Counted from the stretch's first letter, positions 50,715 through 60,506 are shown. The stretch is DNA of 64,000 nt from Fidelibacterota bacterium (GCA_021734025.1 JAIPJS010000003.1:92332-156331); one strand, 5' to 3'. A program made the numbers and translations. Notes: a model not told the origin generated them from the sequence alone.

Positions 50715-51116
50715 ATGATCGAAGAACTAATTAAATCCGTTTTACCGGAACTCAGGCAAATTGCGAAAGGGCAGACTGTTGTGGGCGAACCTATACAGGC
50801 TGGTGACTCTACTGTAATTCCGGTATCAAAAGTGTCGGTCGGATTCGGCGCCGGCGGCGGTGGCTCGGAAAAGGACAACGGACAGGGTAGCGGCACCGGT
50901 GGTGGTGCTTCAATTGAGCCGGTGGCGTTTATCGTGATTACGGATGGCAAAGTTCAGCTCGTGCCGTTGACGTCCAAAGATACAACCATCGGTAAGGTGA
51001 TCGATATGGTTCCGGAAATCCTGGATCGGGTCGGGTTGAAGGGGCAGGGTCCGAAGCAATCCGACGAAGAAACGCCCGATGATGAACCTGTTGAAGAGGA
51101 AGGTTCAGACGGATAA
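50715..51116 (+). CDS. ytfJ: YtfJ/GerW family protein
   Basis: VVGEPI, VIPVSKVSVGFGAGGG, GGGASIEPVAFIVI. Confidence 0.9.
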   Translation: MIEELIKSVLPELRQIAKGQTVVGEPIQAGDSTVIPVSKVSVGFGAGGGGSEKDNGQGSGTGGGASIEPVAFIVITDGKVQLVPLTSKDTTIGKVIDMVPEILDRVGLKGQGPKQSDEETPDDEPVEEEGSDG

Positions 51117-51126
51117 TCAAAAGCGC

Positions 51127-51155
51127 TTGCTTTTAAAATTTACGCCCTCTATTAT
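51127..51155 (+). promoter_or_regulatory. Sigma70 promoter of Crp/Fnr gene
   Basis: TTGCTT-N17-TATTAT. Confidence 0.6.
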
Positions 51156-51182
51156 CTTTTAAACCAACCAGAGGAAACCTTT

Positions 51183-51860
51183 ATGGATACATCAATTCTT
51201 GCAACCGTTCCTATATTTGCTGATTTGGATGAGGACGCACTGGATAAGATTGCTGAACTGATGCGGAAGCGGACTTATCCAAAGAATAAAATGATACTCA
51301 TGGAAGAAGACGAGGGGGACACGCTGTTCGTGATCGACGAAGGCAGCGTGAAAATCACTCGCATTAGCGAAGATGGCCGGGAAGTAATTCTCTCCATGCT
51401 AAACGCCGGAGATTTCTTTGGTGAAATGAGTATTTTTGACGGGGAATCCCGATCGGCAAATGTCGTAACCCTGGAAGAATCCGATGTTTTTCTTCTGAAA
51501 CGCGCCGATTTTCTTCATCTACTGGAAAAATATCCAAAAATATCAGTATCCCTGCTGCAAGAACTGGCCAGCCGGCTGCGTAAATCCGATGAGCTTATCG
51601 AGAGCCTGAGTCTGAGCGATGCCGAAAACCGGATTGCCCTGACGCTGCTGCGTCTGGCGGACGATCTCGGCATATATAAGGCTGGGAAAGTTGAAATTGA
51701 TAACCTGCCGTACCAGCAAGATATTGCCAATATGGCCGGGACCAGCCGGGAGACAGTGTCCCGGACGCTGAAGCTCCTGGAAGATAAGGGATTTATCGCC
51801 AAGGATGGGCATAAGGTCGTTATTCATGATTATAACGAATTTAAGAAGCATTTTAGTTAA
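51183..51860 (+). CDS. Crp/Fnr family regulator (cAMP-binding type)
   Basis: FFGEMS...RSA cNMP pocket; GTSRETVSR HTH. Confidence 0.93.
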   Translation: MDTSILATVPIFADLDEDALDKIAELMRKRTYPKNKMILMEEDEGDTLFVIDEGSVKITRISEDGREVILSMLNAGDFFGEMSIFDGESRSANVVTLEESDVFLLKRADFLHLLEKYPKISVSLLQELASRLRKSDELIESLSLSDAENRIALTLLRLADDLGIYKAGKVEIDNLPYQQDIANMAGTSRETVSRTLKLLEDKGFIAKDGHKVVIHDYNEFKKHFS

Positions 51861-52042
51861 ATCCAGTTCGACAGATTTTATTAAACTAACATAGTGTAGG
51901 GATGCACCACTCTTTTTCTCTACTCAAATAAAAATCGACCGCACTGTTCTTCGGCCTGGTTGCTTACATGGCAATGAACTGTGGGGTGAATTTACGGTCA
52001 TACATCTTGTAACCCGCACCGCATATACCTATCTTACTATCT

Positions 52043-52717
52043 ATGGAAGTCCATAACCGTGAACATATCGCCGCGGAGGCGAAGGGCGAATCGCCGTTGG
52101 GACGAGCCTGGGTTGAAATCAAGAATCTTCCTAGAAGACTAGTCCACGATTTCAAAGCGATTGCCAAAAATGATCCTGCTGCAAAAAACCCCATAGAAAC
52201 GTTTTTCGTCCATACACCTTACCACGCGATTGTGATGTACCGGATCACCCATATCCTGCATATCCTGAAGGTCCCCATTTTGCCGAGATTTCTGGCCACG
52301 CTTATGCGGTTTTGGAGCGGACTGGAAATCCATCCTGGTGCTAAGATTGGATGCTGTTTTTTCATCGATCACGGAACCGGAGTGGTCGTCGGCGAAACAG
52401 CGGAAATCGGGCATCGATGCGTTATTTTTCACAATGTAACGCTGGGAGGGACAGGACACCACAAGGGTAAGCGTCATCCGACGATCGGCAATGACGTCCT
52501 GCTTGGAACCGGCGCCACACTTCTGGGACCGATAAAAGTCGGTGATAATGTAAAGGTCGGCGCCGAAACCGTAGTCATAAACCGCGATATTCCGACGAAT
52601 TGCACTGTTGTCGGTGCTCCCGGAAAAATAGTAAAGCGAAACGGCAAGCATGTCCACGAGGACCTGCCTGAGGCCGAATACCACCTCAAGCGGAAAGTCC
52701 GCGCCTCAGCAGCATAA
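52043..52717 (+). CDS. cysE: Serine O-acetyltransferase
   Basis: DPAA, EIHPGA, FIDHGTGVV, TLGGTG..KRHPT. Confidence 0.9.
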   Translation: MEVHNREHIAAEAKGESPLGRAWVEIKNLPRRLVHDFKAIAKNDPAAKNPIETFFVHTPYHAIVMYRITHILHILKVPILPRFLATLMRFWSGLEIHPGAKIGCCFFIDHGTGVVVGETAEIGHRCVIFHNVTLGGTGHHKGKRHPTIGNDVLLGTGATLLGPIKVGDNVKVGAETVVINRDIPTNCTVVGAPGKIVKRNGKHVHEDLPEAEYHLKRKVRASAA

Positions 52718-52795
52718 TCCACATCTTATTCAGGATATATCGAATAATTTCCCGTATTGATTTTATCCCCGGGTTCGAAGTATCTTTGCCTTCAT

Positions 52796-53212
52796 ATGTT
52801 TTCGCATACTTCGCACATCAGAGTACTCTATGGCCACGTAGACAAGATGGATTTCGTCTATTACGGCCGGTATTTCGAATATTTTGAACACAGCCGGAAT
52901 GAGCTGCTTCGGGCATTGGATCTGCCATATACCAAAATCGAAGAAAAACAGATCCGTCTTCCGGTCATTGAGGCCCACGCCAACTACCGATCGGCAGCAA
53001 GGTTTGATGATCTCATCAACATAAAAGCGACAGTTGCAGAGATGCCCAGGGCCCGGATTCGCATCGAATACGAAATTACCAATGAAGCCCAAGAACTGCT
53101 CATTACCGGGCATACCGTCCATAGCTTCTTGAATTCCAGGGGAAAACCAACGCGTGTTCCGGACGTTCTAAAGCAAAAACTACTACCACACTTTGAGGAG
53201 AGCAATGGGTAA
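52796..53212 (+). CDS. Acyl-CoA thioesterase (YbgC/FadM hot-dog)
   Basis: RVLYGHVDKMDFVYYGRYFEYFE..R, ARFDD. Confidence 0.85.
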   Translation: MFSHTSHIRVLYGHVDKMDFVYYGRYFEYFEHSRNELLRALDLPYTKIEEKQIRLPVIEAHANYRSAARFDDLINIKATVAEMPRARIRIEYEITNEAQELLITGHTVHSFLNSRGKPTRVPDVLKQKLLPHFEESNG

Positions 53213-53879
53213 CGAACTACTGTTTCTTATTATGAGTTTGATAGGATTGGTGTTCACCCTGTTCTGTTTTCGGATGGGACGGATCTGGCTTTATGCGTAT
53301 GTGGGAGTCGCTATTGTACTCGCCAATATATTCGTAACCAAGCAGATCATGCTATTCGGACTCTCCGCAACCGGCGGGAATGTCATGTATGGAACCATTT
53401 TCCTGGCAACGGATCTTCTGAGTGAACACTACGGTAAATTTTACGCGCGCCGGGCGGTTTTTATCGGATTTTTCGCCGCCATTATCTATCTGGTCATGTC
53501 GCAGTTAATGACGGCGTTCACACCGGCAGAGTACGATACCGTGCACAACGGGATGCAATCTATCTTCAGTTTTGCACCGCGTATCATTCTGGGAAGCTTG
53601 ACAGCCTATCTCGCTTCACAACTCTATGACGTTTGGTTTTTCCATTTTCTCAAAGAAAGGACTCAGGGGAAATTACTCTGGTTCCGGAACAACCTCTCCA
53701 CCTGGGTGAGCCAACTTATCGATTCGGTTATATTTACGCTTGTCGCGTTCTTCGGTACATTCGAGTGGAGCGTCATCCTGCAAATTATCCTGACCACCTA
53801 TGTCCTGAAAATTATCATAGCAGCTATCGACACACCGTTTATTTATCTGAGTTATAAAATTAAGCCACAGGGAGAGTAA
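53205..53879 (+). CDS. yhhQ: Queuosine precursor transporter (VUT family)
   Basis: ANIFVTK, FLATDLLSEHYG, SQLYDV, LWFRNNLST..SQLIDS. Confidence 0.9.
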   Translation: MGNELLFLIMSLIGLVFTLFCFRMGRIWLYAYVGVAIVLANIFVTKQIMLFGLSATGGNVMYGTIFLATDLLSEHYGKFYARRAVFIGFFAAIIYLVMSQLMTAFTPAEYDTVHNGMQSIFSFAPRIILGSLTAYLASQLYDVWFFHFLKERTQGKLLWFRNNLSTWVSQLIDSVIFTLVAFFGTFEWSVILQIILTTYVLKIIIAAIDTPFIYLSYKIKPQGE

Positions 53880-54319
53880 TGCAGAAGGTTTCCGGCGGAT
53901 ACATTCTGAAGTTAACTGTCTCCAAAGAAACAGAAATCCAGGTAGGGAAACTCGGCCTGATGGAGTTAACACCAGGGGAATACTTGTACGGAGGATCAGC
54001 AAAAAAAGGAATTGTATCCCGGATAAACCGGCATATGGAGCCTGAAAAAAAACGGTATTGGCATATTGATTATCTCACGACGCATCCAGGCGTGGACATT
54101 GAAGAAGTCTGGTGTTTCCCGGGACAGTCGGAGATTGAACATCAGTTGGCCGATCACTCGCAGGCCGGAATTGATAGCATCCTCAGAGGCTTCGGAAATA
54201 GTGATTGTGCACAGGGCTGCCCGGCACATCTCTGGAAAGTTACTGGAGAGATTTCCCCAGAAGATCTCTCGGAAGATTATTATATTGTGACGCACGCGCA
54301 AACGTATGCAACCTCGTAA
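53879..54319 (+). CDS. DUF123 / GIY-YIG nuclease family protein
   Basis: GGY.L, GKLG, YLYGGSA, RINRH, WHIDYL, GFGNSDC..C.AHL. Confidence 0.85.
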   Translation: MQKVSGGYILKLTVSKETEIQVGKLGLMELTPGEYLYGGSAKKGIVSRINRHMEPEKKRYWHIDYLTTHPGVDIEEVWCFPGQSEIEHQLADHSQAGIDSILRGFGNSDCAQGCPAHLWKVTGEISPEDLSEDYYIVTHAQTYATS

Positions 54320-54331
54320 CATCGGAGCATT

Positions 54332-55975
54332 ATGAGAACTATCGGCACGCCGGTTTCGGACTGGGATCAGGAACAATATTCAGCGAACCGAACCTATATG
54401 GAAGAACTGCTTCAGGAGATTGATGCACAGGAGAGCCAGTTGAAGCTCGGTGGTGGCCAGCAGCGTATAGATCGCCAGCATTCCAAGGGCCGTCTTACCG
54501 CCAGAGAACGAATTAACCTGCTCACAGATGAGGACTCTGAATTTACCGAGCTCAGCATTTTTGCGGCCTGGGAGATGTATGAAGAATACGGTGGGGCGCC
54601 AGCATCGGGAACAATAACCGGTGTAGGAATTGTGGCAGGCAAGGAAACCGTCATCGTTGCCAATGATGCCACGGTCAAGGCGGGCGCGTATTTCGAGGTG
54701 ACCCTGAAAAAGACACTCCGGGCCCAGGAAATCGCGCTGGAGAATAATTTACCGATTGTCTATTTGGTTGATTCGGCCGGAGTCTTCCTGCCACTGCAGG
54801 ATCAGGTGTTTCCGGATGAAAAACACTTTGGACGGATTTTCTTTAATAATGCACGGCTCTCAGCAGAAGGCGTTACCCAGATAGCAGCAGTGATGGGCCC
54901 ATGCGTAGCCGGTGGCGCGTATCTCCCGGTCATGTGCGACAAATTTATCATGGTGGAAGGCGCCAGTATGTTCCTCGCCGGGCCGGCCCTGGTGAAGGCA
55001 GCCATCGGCCAGGACATCGATGAGGATACCCTGGGCGGTGCAACGACGCATAACGCAATTTCCGGAACGGCCGATTATCACGAGGAAGATGACGAATCAG
55101 CACTCAACAGAGTACGGGAAATCCTCCGGACCATCGGACCGACAGACCGGGCGCCGCTGAATAAAAGGGAGTCCGCGTCGCCAACATATGATGCAGATGA
55201 GCTCAACGGCATTATACCTGAGGAGGGCGGCGTGTATGATATGAACGAAGTTATCGCCCGGATTGTGGATAACAGTGAATTCAACCCGTACAAGGATGAA
55301 TACGGAAAGACGCTCATATGCGGACATGCACGCATCGGCGGGTATTCGGTAGGAATCGTTGCGAATCAGAAAACGGTAGTAAAGACCGAAACCGGCCAGA
55401 TGCAGATGGGAGGTGTGGTTTACAACGATAGTGCTGATAAGGCCGCCCGATTCATCATGAATTGCAGCCAGGACAGGATTCCCCTGGTATTTCTCCACGA
55501 TGTGAACGGTTTTATGGTTGGTCGGGACGCGGAACACGAAGGTATCGCCAAAGATGGAGCCAAGATGGTGAATGCCGTCTCCAATGCCGTGGTACCGAAG
55601 TTTACGGTGGTGATCGGCGGCTCGTACGGTGCCGGTAATTACGCCATGAGCGGTCGGGCATACGATCCCCGGCTGATGCTGGCGTGGCCGACGGCCCGTA
55701 TCGCGGTGATGGGCGGGGAATCCGCTGCGAAGACGCTGGCCCAAATTCGCCTGGCCAGGATCGATAATCCCACAGAAGAGCAGCGCCAGGAAATCCTGGA
55801 CGAAGTTCGGGAGATCTACGAAACCCAGAGTGATCCCCGCTACGCAGCCGCCCGGATCTGGATCGATGCGATTATACGACCAGCGGAAACCAGGGACTGG
55901 TTGATCCGCGGACTGAACATGGCCATGCACCAGCCGAAGATGCCGTCGCCGAAATTTGGGGTGTTGCAGGTGTGA
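54332..55975 (+). CDS. Acyl-CoA carboxylase carboxyltransferase (methylcrotonyl-CoA carboxylase beta-like)
   Basis: KGRLTARERI, ANDATVKAGA, CVAGGAY, GGSYGAGNYAM, IAVMGG. Confidence 0.9.
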   Translation: MRTIGTPVSDWDQEQYSANRTYMEELLQEIDAQESQLKLGGGQQRIDRQHSKGRLTARERINLLTDEDSEFTELSIFAAWEMYEEYGGAPASGTITGVGIVAGKETVIVANDATVKAGAYFEVTLKKTLRAQEIALENNLPIVYLVDSAGVFLPLQDQVFPDEKHFGRIFFNNARLSAEGVTQIAAVMGPCVAGGAYLPVMCDKFIMVEGASMFLAGPALVKAAIGQDIDEDTLGGATTHNAISGTADYHEEDDESALNRVREILRTIGPTDRAPLNKRESASPTYDADELNGIIPEEGGVYDMNEVIARIVDNSEFNPYKDEYGKTLICGHARIGGYSVGIVANQKTVVKTETGQMQMGGVVYNDSADKAARFIMNCSQDRIPLVFLHDVNGFMVGRDAEHEGIAKDGAKMVNAVSNAVVPKFTVVIGGSYGAGNYAMSGRAYDPRLMLAWPTARIAVMGGESAAKTLAQIRLARIDNPTEEQRQEILDEVREIYETQSDPRYAAARIWIDAIIRPAETRDWLIRGLNMAMHQPKMPSPKFGVLQV

Positions 55976-55989
55976 AGACATTGGATGAA

Positions 55990-56100
55990 AACGGGAATAA
56001 GGTATAGAGAAAAATGGAGTCCGGAGAAAGGGAAGCAACCGGATAAACGGTTTTGCTTCAAATGTAATCAATCTCATACAGCCCCTTAGGGGATGAGTAG
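55990..56100 (+). repeat. Degenerate member of the intergenic repeat family plus hairpin GAAGCAACCG-N6-CGGTTTTGCTTC
   Basis: AAGGTATAGAGAAAAATGGAG..GGAGAAAGGG resembles 30960-30995 and 38960-39010. Confidence 0.5.
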
Positions 56101-56112
56101 GAAAGAAATCCA

Positions 56113-57477
56113 TTGAAAGATAAGGTACTCATAGGCAACGGACAGGGATTCTGGGGAGATTCAATCCTCGGTCCCATTAGATTGGTCAGAGAAGGGCCGC
56201 TGGACTACCTCACGCTGGATTATCTAGCTGAGGTGACCATGAGCATTATGCAGAAGCTAAAATCCCGGGATCCGGAGAAAGGGTACGCCACCGATTTCGT
56301 CCGGATGTTGGACCGGTTGCTTCCTGAAATTGTTGAAAATGATATTAAAGTAGTGGCCAATGCCGGCGGAGTAAATCCCGAAGGTTGCGTCAACGCCATT
56401 GCTGAGGTGGCCAAGAAACATGGTATCTATAATCTGAAACTGGCGACCGTTACCGGTGATGATATCTACGGTAAAATCGACGGGTACATGGATGAAGGTG
56501 AGAAATTTCTAAACATGGATACTGACGAGCCGTTGGATAGGATCAAAGATCTGGTGACCAGTGCCAACGTCTACCTTGGAGCATTTCCGATAGCCGAAGC
56601 CCTGAGTGATGGGGCGCAAATCGTGGTGACGGGCCGGTGTACCGATCCGTCCTTGGCCCTCGGGCCGATGATTCATGAATTCGGCTGGACGCCAGAAGAT
56701 TACGATCAGCTGGCGGCCGGAACCGTCGCCGGTCACATCCTGGAGTGCGGTGCCCAGGCTACCGGAGGCATCTATACGGATTGGCAAGAACTGGAGAATC
56801 TTGCCATGATCGGTTACCCCATCGTTGAAGCTATGCCATCCGGTGATTTCACGGTGACGAAGCACGACGGTACCGGGGGCGTTGTGAATTTTCAGTCGGT
56901 CAGTTCCCAGCTGGTGTACGAAATGGGCGATCCCAGGGAATATCTTACTCCCGATGTCATTGCGGATTTCACTTCTATAAAACTAGATGACCTCGGCGAT
57001 AACAAAGTGCGCGTGTATGATATCGCCGGGAAAAAGCCGACGGACACTCTCAAAGTTTCCATGAGTTATTCCCGTGGCTGGAAAACCGTAGGCCAAATTA
57101 CCGTTGCCGGCCCGGATGCAATTGAGAAGGCCAAACTGGCGGCGTCGATGGTATGGAAGCGGCTGGAATACGACGGCACATCATTCGGCGAAGATCAGAA
57201 AATCGTGGAAGTACTAGGCACAAACGTTTGTCATACGGGAATTATGGAGTCGCCTCAGGAACCCGGGGAAGTGGTGTTGCGTATCGGTGTAGAAGACGAC
57301 GATCGCGAAAAGGTTGCCAGATTTGGTACTGAATTGGTCCCCCTGGTCACCAGCGGTCCGCCGGGAGTGACGGGGTTCGGCGCCGGCCGGCCGAAGCCCA
57401 GTGAAATTATAAGCTACTGGCCGACGCTTATTTCCAAAGAAAGAATTGAACCCGAAGTACAACTCATGACGGTGTAA
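56113..57477 (+). CDS. atuA: AtuA (DUF1446) N-terminal-domain protein
   Basis: GNGQGFWGD, DYLAEVTM, ANAGGVNP, SANVYLGA, TGRCTD, GHILECGAQATGG, YEMGDP..YLTPDV. Confidence 0.9.
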   Translation: MKDKVLIGNGQGFWGDSILGPIRLVREGPLDYLTLDYLAEVTMSIMQKLKSRDPEKGYATDFVRMLDRLLPEIVENDIKVVANAGGVNPEGCVNAIAEVAKKHGIYNLKLATVTGDDIYGKIDGYMDEGEKFLNMDTDEPLDRIKDLVTSANVYLGAFPIAEALSDGAQIVVTGRCTDPSLALGPMIHEFGWTPEDYDQLAAGTVAGHILECGAQATGGIYTDWQELENLAMIGYPIVEAMPSGDFTVTKHDGTGGVVNFQSVSSQLVYEMGDPREYLTPDVIADFTSIKLDDLGDNKVRVYDIAGKKPTDTLKVSMSYSRGWKTVGQITVAGPDAIEKAKLAASMVWKRLEYDGTSFGEDQKIVEVLGTNVCHTGIMESPQEPGEVVLRIGVEDDDREKVARFGTELVPLVTSGPPGVTGFGAGRPKPSEIISYWPTLISKERIEPEVQLMTV

Positions 57478-57482
57478 ACTTT

Positions 57483-59003
57483 ATGCCTAAACAAGATGTC
57501 ACAGAAGTTATTCAGCAGTATAACGGCGAGCTTAATCCCGAAGCCGGGGCGACAGCAATTATTCTGGCTGCGGGGCACGGAAAGCGCATAAAATCCCAGC
57601 GATCGAAAATGTTACACAAGATCTGGGGTAAGGCGACGGTCGAGCGTGTATCGAATGCAGCACGAAAGGGACTTTCTGGCGCGAATGTCTGTATTGTCGT
57701 TGGAATCAAAGCGGAAAGTGTCATAAAGACGGTCGGAAAACGGGATCAGCAGGTCTTCGTCTACCAGGAAGAGCAAAATGGGACGGGGCATGCGGTGCAG
57801 GTCGCTCTGGACGCGATGCCGGAGTTCATTCAAAAACAGAAAATTTACGTTTTCCCCGGGGATATTGGCCTGCTCAGAGATTCCACGGTAAAATCATTTC
57901 GTGAAGACTTTCGTGATTCCGGAAAGGATATGATGGTTCTTACCGGCCGATATGAAGGAGATCCTGCGGAAAACTACTATGGCAGGATTGTCCGGGTACC
58001 TGATGATGATCAGAATAAGAATGCCGGTAATGTCATCAAGATTATGGAAAGCAAAGATATTCAGGCGCTGGATTCTGACGAGCCATATCCGTTGGAATAT
58101 GACGGGAAGACGTATGAATTTTCACGACAGGAACTCCTGGAAATCCCCGAGTTTAACACGGGTGTGTTTGCCTTCAACGGAGTACCTTTAAACGAGAACA
58201 TTGCCAACCTGGATGCGAACAACGTACAGGGAGAACTCTATATCACCGATCTGATCGGAATTTTTAATAGGAAAGGTCTCTCCGTAGGTGCCGTGACCGC
58301 CCTGGAGAACCGGGATGTTCTCGGATTCAATAACAAGGCGGTTCTGAAGGAGATGAATTCGCTTTATCAGCAGGACGTCTATAACCAGTTGAAAAACTTG
58401 GTGCGGTTCCGGGATCCGGACGACTTTTTCATCAATGACGAGACGGCAGAAAAGCTCATTCAGATGGACGTAAACGGGACGACTCTTGATCTTACAATCG
58501 GGAAGGGAGTCTACATCAATGGGAAATTTGAGTTCGGGGCCGGCGTGGAACTCAAAGACGGAGCGCATATCACCGGGAATGTTGAATTTGGCAATAATGT
58601 CACTATCCACAAAGGTGTGGAACTGAGTACATATCCGGATCAGACACTCACTATCGGCGACAATACCATCATTTTTCAGGATAACATAGTGAAAGGCAAC
58701 ACCTCCATCGGAAGCCAGTGCCGAATTGAGTCTGGTGTAAACGTCACCGGCAGCGACAGATATCCGACCCGCATCGGTAATCGGGTGATGATTAAGGGGA
58801 CCTCTTACATTTTTGGTTCCATTATCGAGGAAAATGCCTGGATCGAGCACTGCATTCTGAAAGCGAAGCGTGTCCACTGCCATTACGATCGCAATGGGGA
58901 CGTGGCGCCAGTTCGCTATGTAATCCCACAACCGGAAGGGCTGGACGACGTGGAATCCATTGGCGACGATCGGGAGGAGTATACATGGCCACCATCAAAT
59001 TAA
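57483..59003 (+). CDS. GlmU-like nucleotidyltransferase with short left-handed beta-helix
   Basis: LAAGHGKR..K.LH, EQNGTGHAV, YGRIVR, EFNTG, NNVQGELYITD; acetyltransferase motifs (HLxYLGD, TCNYDG) absent. Confidence 0.8.
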   Translation: MPKQDVTEVIQQYNGELNPEAGATAIILAAGHGKRIKSQRSKMLHKIWGKATVERVSNAARKGLSGANVCIVVGIKAESVIKTVGKRDQQVFVYQEEQNGTGHAVQVALDAMPEFIQKQKIYVFPGDIGLLRDSTVKSFREDFRDSGKDMMVLTGRYEGDPAENYYGRIVRVPDDDQNKNAGNVIKIMESKDIQALDSDEPYPLEYDGKTYEFSRQELLEIPEFNTGVFAFNGVPLNENIANLDANNVQGELYITDLIGIFNRKGLSVGAVTALENRDVLGFNNKAVLKEMNSLYQQDVYNQLKNLVRFRDPDDFFINDETAEKLIQMDVNGTTLDLTIGKGVYINGKFEFGAGVELKDGAHITGNVEFGNNVTIHKGVELSTYPDQTLTIGDNTIIFQDNIVKGNTSIGSQCRIESGVNVTGSDRYPTRIGNRVMIKGTSYIFGSIIEENAWIEHCILKAKRVHCHYDRNGDVAPVRYVIPQPEGLDDVESIGDDREEYTWPPSN

Positions 59004-59335
59004 AGAAGATCGCCTTTGCACGGTCAGGGGACAAGGGTACCGGCAGCAATGTTGGTGTCGTGGCCCGAAGCGAAGCGGCGTATGCAATTATTAAGAAGTA
59101 TCTGACCCCGCCGGTGGTGAAAGAGCATTTCCATAAAATTTGCAAAGGGCCGGTCGACAGGTATGATCTTCCGAATCTCCGTGCAGTCAACTTCATCCTA
59201 CACGATTCTCTGGGTGGCGGCGGTTCCGAGAGCATGAAGACCGATGCCCAGGGAAAAGCGCACGGTCTGGCCATGCTGGAACTGACGCTGAAGATTACTA
59301 ATGAAGAGTATGAACAATTAGGGTTAAAAAAATAG
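58985..59335 (+). CDS. AtuA C-terminal (ferredoxin-fold) standalone protein
   Basis: ARSGDKG..NVGV, RYDLPNL.AVNF...LGGGG..S...DAQGK. Confidence 0.88.
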   Translation: MATIKLKKIAFARSGDKGTGSNVGVVARSEAAYAIIKKYLTPPVVKEHFHKICKGPVDRYDLPNLRAVNFILHDSLGGGGSESMKTDAQGKAHGLAMLELTLKITNEEYEQLGLKK

Positions 59336-59657
59336 CCATTCCATATTTTAGGATCCAAAAGCCTTCATTTAATTGCCAAAACATGAGGTTTTACACTTGA
59401 TTCATTAATAGAGCATATTGACTTGCCAGCCTTGACTTTTTCCCACTTTTGGGTCAAGCAAGAAGTGGAATAGTTAAGTAGACTAAAATAGAGTGAAACC
59501 TTGACCAATAAGCCAACTATTTTCACTAAGATATTGGAAAATAAATTTTTTTGACTTCTCTTTTGTTCGGAATTCCCTCTTGATTTTAAGAGCCATTCAA
59601 CTAAAAAAGTGATTGTCAATTCAATACCGAATTACATGTATTCATAAGGAATAATCC

Positions 59658-60428
59658 ATGAAACATCTCACCATATCAGAAGACGCCAAAATTTATACCG
59701 TCACCCTTGATCGCCCTCCGGTGAATGCAATAAATACCGGGCTGGTGAATGAACTCTACCAGGCTGCCAACAAAATTTCCAGTGACGAAAACGCACGTGT
59801 TGTTCTCTTGACAGGGAATGGTAAGCAATTCTGTGCCGGCGCCGATCTGAAAGAGCGAAAAACTATGAGTGAAGATGAGGTCCGGGAGTATATTAAGAAA
59901 ATTCGCACCTGTTTCTATGAATGGTATTCCATTCCTATTCCGACGATCTGCGCTATGAACGGTGGAACATACGGCGGTGGACTCGAATTGGCGCTGATGT
60001 GCGACATTCGGTATATCGTTCACGAGGCAAAACTCGGGTTGCGTGAAACCCGGCTGGGTATCATTCCCGGTGCGGGCGGCACACAACGATTATCCAGAAT
60101 AGCGGGGGAATCGGTTGCGTTAAAATGGGTAATGTCAGGTCAGGTTTTTACCGCACAGAACGCCCTGAACGATGGAGTAGTTGATAAGGTTCTACCCACT
60201 GCGGATCTAACTGACGAGGCTACAAACCTGGCCAGGGAATTCCTTCGAGCCGCACCGATTGCCGTCCGACAGGCAAAAAAAGCCATACGGGAGGGCTTGG
60301 AACTTCCGTTCAAAGAGGCACTGGAATTCGAGACCGGGTGCTACGAAAAAACAATCCCGACAGAGGATCGTCGCGAGGCACTCAGGGCATTTGCTGAAAA
60401 GCGAGATCCGAATTGGACAGGTAAATAG
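59658..60428 (+). CDS. Enoyl-CoA hydratase (methylglutaconyl-CoA hydratase/YngF-like)
   Basis: FCAGADLKER, GGGLELAL, ET.LGIIPGAGGTQRL, AFAEKR.P. Confidence 0.9.
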   Translation: MKHLTISEDAKIYTVTLDRPPVNAINTGLVNELYQAANKISSDENARVVLLTGNGKQFCAGADLKERKTMSEDEVREYIKKIRTCFYEWYSIPIPTICAMNGGTYGGGLELALMCDIRYIVHEAKLGLRETRLGIIPGAGGTQRLSRIAGESVALKWVMSGQVFTAQNALNDGVVDKVLPTADLTDEATNLAREFLRAAPIAVRQAKKAIREGLELPFKEALEFETGCYEKTIPTEDRREALRAFAEKRDPNWTGK

Positions 60429-60506
60429 AAAGTATTTTAAGTGCTTTATATCAGCGGGTACTATTTATCACTTAATGTAAAAAATTATATCAAGTAAGAG
60501 GGATTT

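Noticed and set aside
56015-56060. SRP-RNA-like GTCCGGA...GGAAGCAACC
   Set aside because: Lacks the CAGG/GNRA helix-8 geometry and flanking long helix; explained by a simple hairpin within a repeat remnant
55097-56113. Long antisense ORFs (338 aa here; also 58188-58931, 22097-22780, 24533-25192, 6077-6721)
   Set aside because: Antisense shadows of well-supported genes caused by codon bias; no motifs
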